A DNA stretch of 64,000 bases from an uncultured Actinomycetota bacterium (GTDB lineage: Bacteria; Actinomycetota; Actinomycetes; JAHEKZ01): positions 33,214 to 97,213 of the forward strand of contig CAVPLY010000007.1 in NCBI GenBank assembly GCA_963706045.1, given 5' to 3'. Numbering within the stretch: the stretch's first letter is position 1; every line of letters begins with the position of its first letter. A program made the position numbers and the translations under genes. Below, piece after piece: positions 60,635-64,000 of this stretch. The notes below the pieces were generated by a model. The model saw only the letters and a program-made list of their open reading frames with translations. It did not search any database and was not told the origin of the DNA.

Positions 60635-63600
60635 TGCCACGACGTCCCGATATCTCATCGGTTCTGGTGATCGGATCGGGCCCGATCGTCATCGGGCAGG
60701 CCGCGGAGTTCGACTACTCCGGCACCCAGGCTTGTCGTGTTCTGCGTGCTGAAGGTCTGCGTGTGATCTTGGTCAACAGCAATCCGGCCACCATCATGAC
60801 CGACCCCGAGTTCGCCGATGCCACGTATGTCGAGCCCATCACCTCCGACATCATCGAGAAGATCATCGCCAAGGAAAGACCCGATGCTCTTCTTCCCACG
60901 TTGGGTGGCCAGACGGCGCTGAACGCTGCGATCGCCCTGCATGAGGCAGGCGTCCTGGAGAAGTACGACGTCGAGCTGATCGGGGCAGACGTCGATGCCA
61001 TTCAACGCGGAGAGAACCGCGAGCTCTTCAAAGGCATCGTTGAGGACATCGGGGGAGAAGTCGCCCGATCGGCGATCTGCCACACGATGGACGACTGTCT
61101 GGTTGGCGTGGAGACCCTGGGGTACCCCGTGGTGGTACGCCCGTCCTTCACCATGGGTGGCGCCGGTTCCGGCATGGCTTACGACGAAGCTGACCTGCGC
61201 CGCATCGCCGGCGCCGGTCTCTCGGCGAGCCCCACAACGGAGGTGTTGCTCGAAGAGTCGATTATCGGGTGGAAAGAGTACGAGCTCGAGCTGATGCGCG
61301 ACAAGAGCGACAACGTCGTCGTCATCTGTTCGATCGAGAATCTCGACCCGATGGGGGTTCACACCGGTGACTCGATCACCGTGGCGCCGGCGATGACCCT
61401 GACAGATCGCGAGTACCAGCACATGCGCGACGTCGGTATCCAGATCATCCGCGCGGTCGGTGTCGATACCGGTGGGTGCAACATCCAGTTCGCCGTCAAT
61501 CCCGCGGATGGCCGCTTGGTGGTCATCGAGATGAACCCGCGCGTCTCGCGCTCGAGCGCACTGGCCAGCAAGGCCACCGGTTTTCCGATCGCCAAGATCG
61601 CCGCCCGTCTGGCCATTGGCTATACCCTCGACGAGATCCCGAACGACATCACAGCTGAGACGCCGGCCTCGTTTGAGCCGGCACTCGACTACGTCGTGGT
61701 CAAGGTGCCTAGATTCGCCTTCGAGAAGTTCCCTGCGGCCGACCCGACTCTTACCACCCACATGAAGAGCGTGGGTGAAGCGATGGCGATCGGCCGCAAC
61801 ATTCCCGAGGCCCTGCAGAAGGCGCTTCGTTCCGTGGAGAAGACGGACGCTTCGTTCTCGTGGACTGACATCTGCGACGATCTGGACGTGTTGGTGGAGC
61901 AGGCCAGGAAGCCGCACGATGGTCGCATCAAGAAGGTGCAGCAGGCCATGTGGCTGGGGGCAACGGCCGAGGCAATGCACGAGGCGACTGGGATCGACCC
62001 GTGGTTCCTCGATCAGCTGGCCATCATCAACGAGGTCGCTGCCGAGCTGAGCGCTGCTGCCGAACTCGACCCCGGCCTTCTTCGCCGCGCGAAGCGTCAT
62101 GGTTTCTCCGACCGGCAGGTCGGAGACCTCCGTGGCGTCTCCGAAGATGTCGCCCGCCACCTGCGTCAGGCACTGGGCATTCGGCCGGTGTTCAAGACCG
62201 TCGACACATGTGCCGGAGAGTTCGCCGCGCACACCCCATATCACTACTCGGCGTACGACGATGAGACCGAGGTCAGACCACGCACCAAGCCAGCTGTCGT
62301 GATCTTGGGCAGCGGCCCTAACCGCATCGGGCAGGGCATCGAGTTCGACTACTCGTGTGTGCATGCGGCACTGTCACTGAAAGCAGCCGGCTACGAGACG
62401 ATCATGGTCAACTGCAACCCCGAGACGGTGTCCACCGACTACGACACGAGCGACCGTCTCTACTTCGAACCCCTCACCTTGGAAGACGTGCTGGAGGTGG
62501 TGGCGGCCGAACAGGCCGTGGGTGAGGTGGCCGGCGTCATCGTGCAGCTTGGTGGCCAGACGCCCCTCGGACTCGCTCAGCAGCTCAAGGACGCGGGTGT
62601 CCCCATTGTCGGCACCTCGCCCGAAGCGATTCATCTAGCCGAAGAGAGGGGGGCGTTCGGGGCCGTTCTTGCTCAAGCTGGACTCACTGCGCCACGCCAC
62701 GGCATGGCGACGTCGTTCGCAGAGGCCAAGGAGATCGCCGACGAGATCGGCTTCCCGGTACTCGTTCGTCCCTCCTACGTTCTCGGTGGGCGAGGCATGG
62801 AGATCGTCTACGACGACGACATGCTGCGGGACTACATCGGCAGAGCTACGCAGGTCAGCCCCGAACACCCGGTGCTGGTCGACCGATTCCTCGACGACGC
62901 GGTCGAGATCGACGTCGATGCCCTGTACGACGGCGACGAGCTCTTCCTGGCCGGAGTCATGGAGCACATCGAAGAGGCAGGCATCCACTCAGGCGACTCG
63001 GCGTGTGCCCTGCCGCCCATGACATTGGGGCGCGCCGACATCGATCGCATCCGCACAGCAACCGAGGCGATCGCTCGCGGTGTGGGTGTTCGCGGCCTGC
63101 TGAACGTGCAGTTCGCGCAGGCTTCCGATGTGCTCTACGTGCTCGAGGCCAACCCACGCGCATCGCGCACCATTCCCTTCGTGTCCAAGGCGACGGCTAC
63201 CCCGGTGGCCAAGGCGGCGGCGCGAGTCATGCTCGGCGCCACGATCTCGCAGTTGCGTGAAGAGGGGCTTCTTCCGGCGACGGGTGACGGCGGGGTCATG
63301 CCGATGAATGCGGCGATCGCTGTCAAAGAGGCGGTCCTGCCGTTCGGTCGTTTCCACGGCGTCGACACCGTTCTCGGGCCCGAGATGAAGTCGACAGGTG
63401 AGGTGATGGGGATCGACTCGTTGTTCGGCACTGCCTACGCCAAGTCACAGGTGGCGGCCTACGCGGGCGGGTTGCCAACCAGCGGCACTGCGTTCGTGTC
63501 CGTCGCCAACCGAGACAAGCGATCGATGATCTTTCCGGTCAAGCGTTTGCACGACCTTGGGTTCGAGATTCTCGCAACGGCAGGAACGGCTGAGGTGCTG

Positions 63601-63921
63601 TGGCGCAACGGCGTTCCCGCCACGGTGGTGCGCAAGCACTTCGAAGCCGCTGACGTCGATGCTGAACCCGACACGATCTCGCGCATTCTCGATGGCACGA
63701 TCGACATCATCGTGAACACCCCCTACGGCGTGGGTGCTCGCCTTGACGGATACGAGATTCGCTCTGCGGCTGTCACCAAGGGAGTTCCCTGCATCACCAC
63801 TGTGCAAGGACTCGGCGCTGCCGTTCAGGGGATTGAGGCGATGATTCGAGGCGAGGTCGGCGTCCGCTCGTTGCAGGAGCATGCTGCCGACCTGCAGAAG
63901 GCACGTAGTGAGGCCTCATGA
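60634..63921 (+). CDS. carB: Carbamoyl-phosphate synthase large subunit
   Basis: [40 protein letters not shown]; MGS domain at the C-terminus. Confidence 0.98.
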   Translation: MPRRPDISSVLVIGSGPIVIGQAAEFDYSGTQACRVLRAEGLRVILVNSNPATIMTDPEFADATYVEPITSDIIEKIIAKERPDALLPTLGGQTALNAAIALHEAGVLEKYDVELIGADVDAIQRGENRELFKGIVEDIGGEVARSAICHTMDDCLVGVETLGYPVVVRPSFTMGGAGSGMAYDEADLRRIAGAGLSASPTTEVLLEESIIGWKEYELELMRDKSDNVVVICSIENLDPMGVHTGDSITVAPAMTLTDREYQHMRDVGIQIIRAVGVDTGGCNIQFAVNPADGRLVVIEMNPRVSRSSALASKATGFPIAKIAARLAIGYTLDEIPNDITAETPASFEPALDYVVVKVPRFAFEKFPAADPTLTTHMKSVGEAMAIGRNIPEALQKALRSVEKTDASFSWTDICDDLDVLVEQARKPHDGRIKKVQQAMWLGATAEAMHEATGIDPWFLDQLAIINEVAAELSAAAELDPGLLRRAKRHGFSDRQVGDLRGVSEDVARHLRQALGIRPVFKTVDTCAGEFAAHTPYHYSAYDDETEVRPRTKPAVVILGSGPNRIGQGIEFDYSCVHAALSLKAAGYETIMVNCNPETVSTDYDTSDRLYFEPLTLEDVLEVVAAEQAVGEVAGVIVQLGGQTPLGLAQQLKDAGVPIVGTSPEAIHLAEERGAFGAVLAQAGLTAPRHGMATSFAEAKEIADEIGFPVLVRPSYVLGGRGMEIVYDDDMLRDYIGRATQVSPEHPVLVDRFLDDAVEIDVDALYDGDELFLAGVMEHIEEAGIHSGDSACALPPMTLGRADIDRIRTATEAIARGVGVRGLLNVQFAQASDVLYVLEANPRASRTIPFVSKATATPVAKAAARVMLGATISQLREEGLLPATGDGGVMPMNAAIAVKEAVLPFGRFHGVDTVLGPEMKSTGEVMGIDSLFGTAYAKSQVAAYAGGLPTSGTAFVSVANRDKRSMIFPVKRLHDLGFEILATAGTAEVLWRNGVPATVVRKHFEAADVDAEPDTISRILDGTIDIIVNTPYGVGARLDGYEIRSAAVTKGVPCITTVQGLGAAVQGIEAMIRGEVGVRSLQEHAADLQKARSEAS

Positions 63922-64000
63922 CCCCTGTACAGGTGCGCGGTGAGGTTCTGAGCGTCCGCCGGGTAGGCGACTACCACCAGCTCACGGTCGTCGCCCCTGG
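63918..64000 (+). CDS. pyrK: Dihydroorotate dehydrogenase electron transfer subunit (N-terminus; truncated by window edge)
   Basis: ATGA overlap with carB; [27 protein letters not shown]; assigned mainly from operon position. Confidence 0.65.
   Translation, partial: MTPVQVRGEVLSVRRVGDYHQLTVVAP

Overview
High-GC actinobacterial chromosome segment (Actinomycetota) made almost entirely of core genes. In order: a MoxR–DUF58–transglutaminase operon (minus, cut by the left edge); the dcw cluster mraZ-rsmH-ftsL-ftsI-murEF-mraY-murD-ftsW-murGC-ftsQZ-yggS-sepF-yggT-divIVA (no pgeF); an orphan gene; T-box-controlled type-2 ileS; a histone-like/DksA fusion (DdbA-like), lspA and rluD; a small PadR–HAAS–peptide/aldo-keto-reductase insert; dnaE; the his and trp clusters with interspersed membrane-protein genes; mauE-dsbA-lgt-VIT1; a DUF222-HNH gene with a perfect LexA box; pyk; bldD; and pyrR-pyrBC-carAB-pyrK (cut by the right edge). 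I found no rRNA, tRNA, CRISPR array or transposase. The most notable points are: (1) MurC has three substitutions around its amino-acid pocket and pgeF is missing, suggesting a non-L-Ala first stem-peptide residue; (2) many TANNNT-N6/7-start leaderless-promoter signatures, four of which use the upstream gene's stop codon as half of the -10 box; (3) an mraW RNA hairpin followed by an unannotated small membrane ORF coupled to rsmH; (4) an orphan gene with a sigma28/WhiG-like promoter in a BldD-bearing genome; (5) several single-base frameshifts (murE, HAAS gene, AKR) that are probably assembly errors. All family assignments come from motif recognition and synteny, not database searches.
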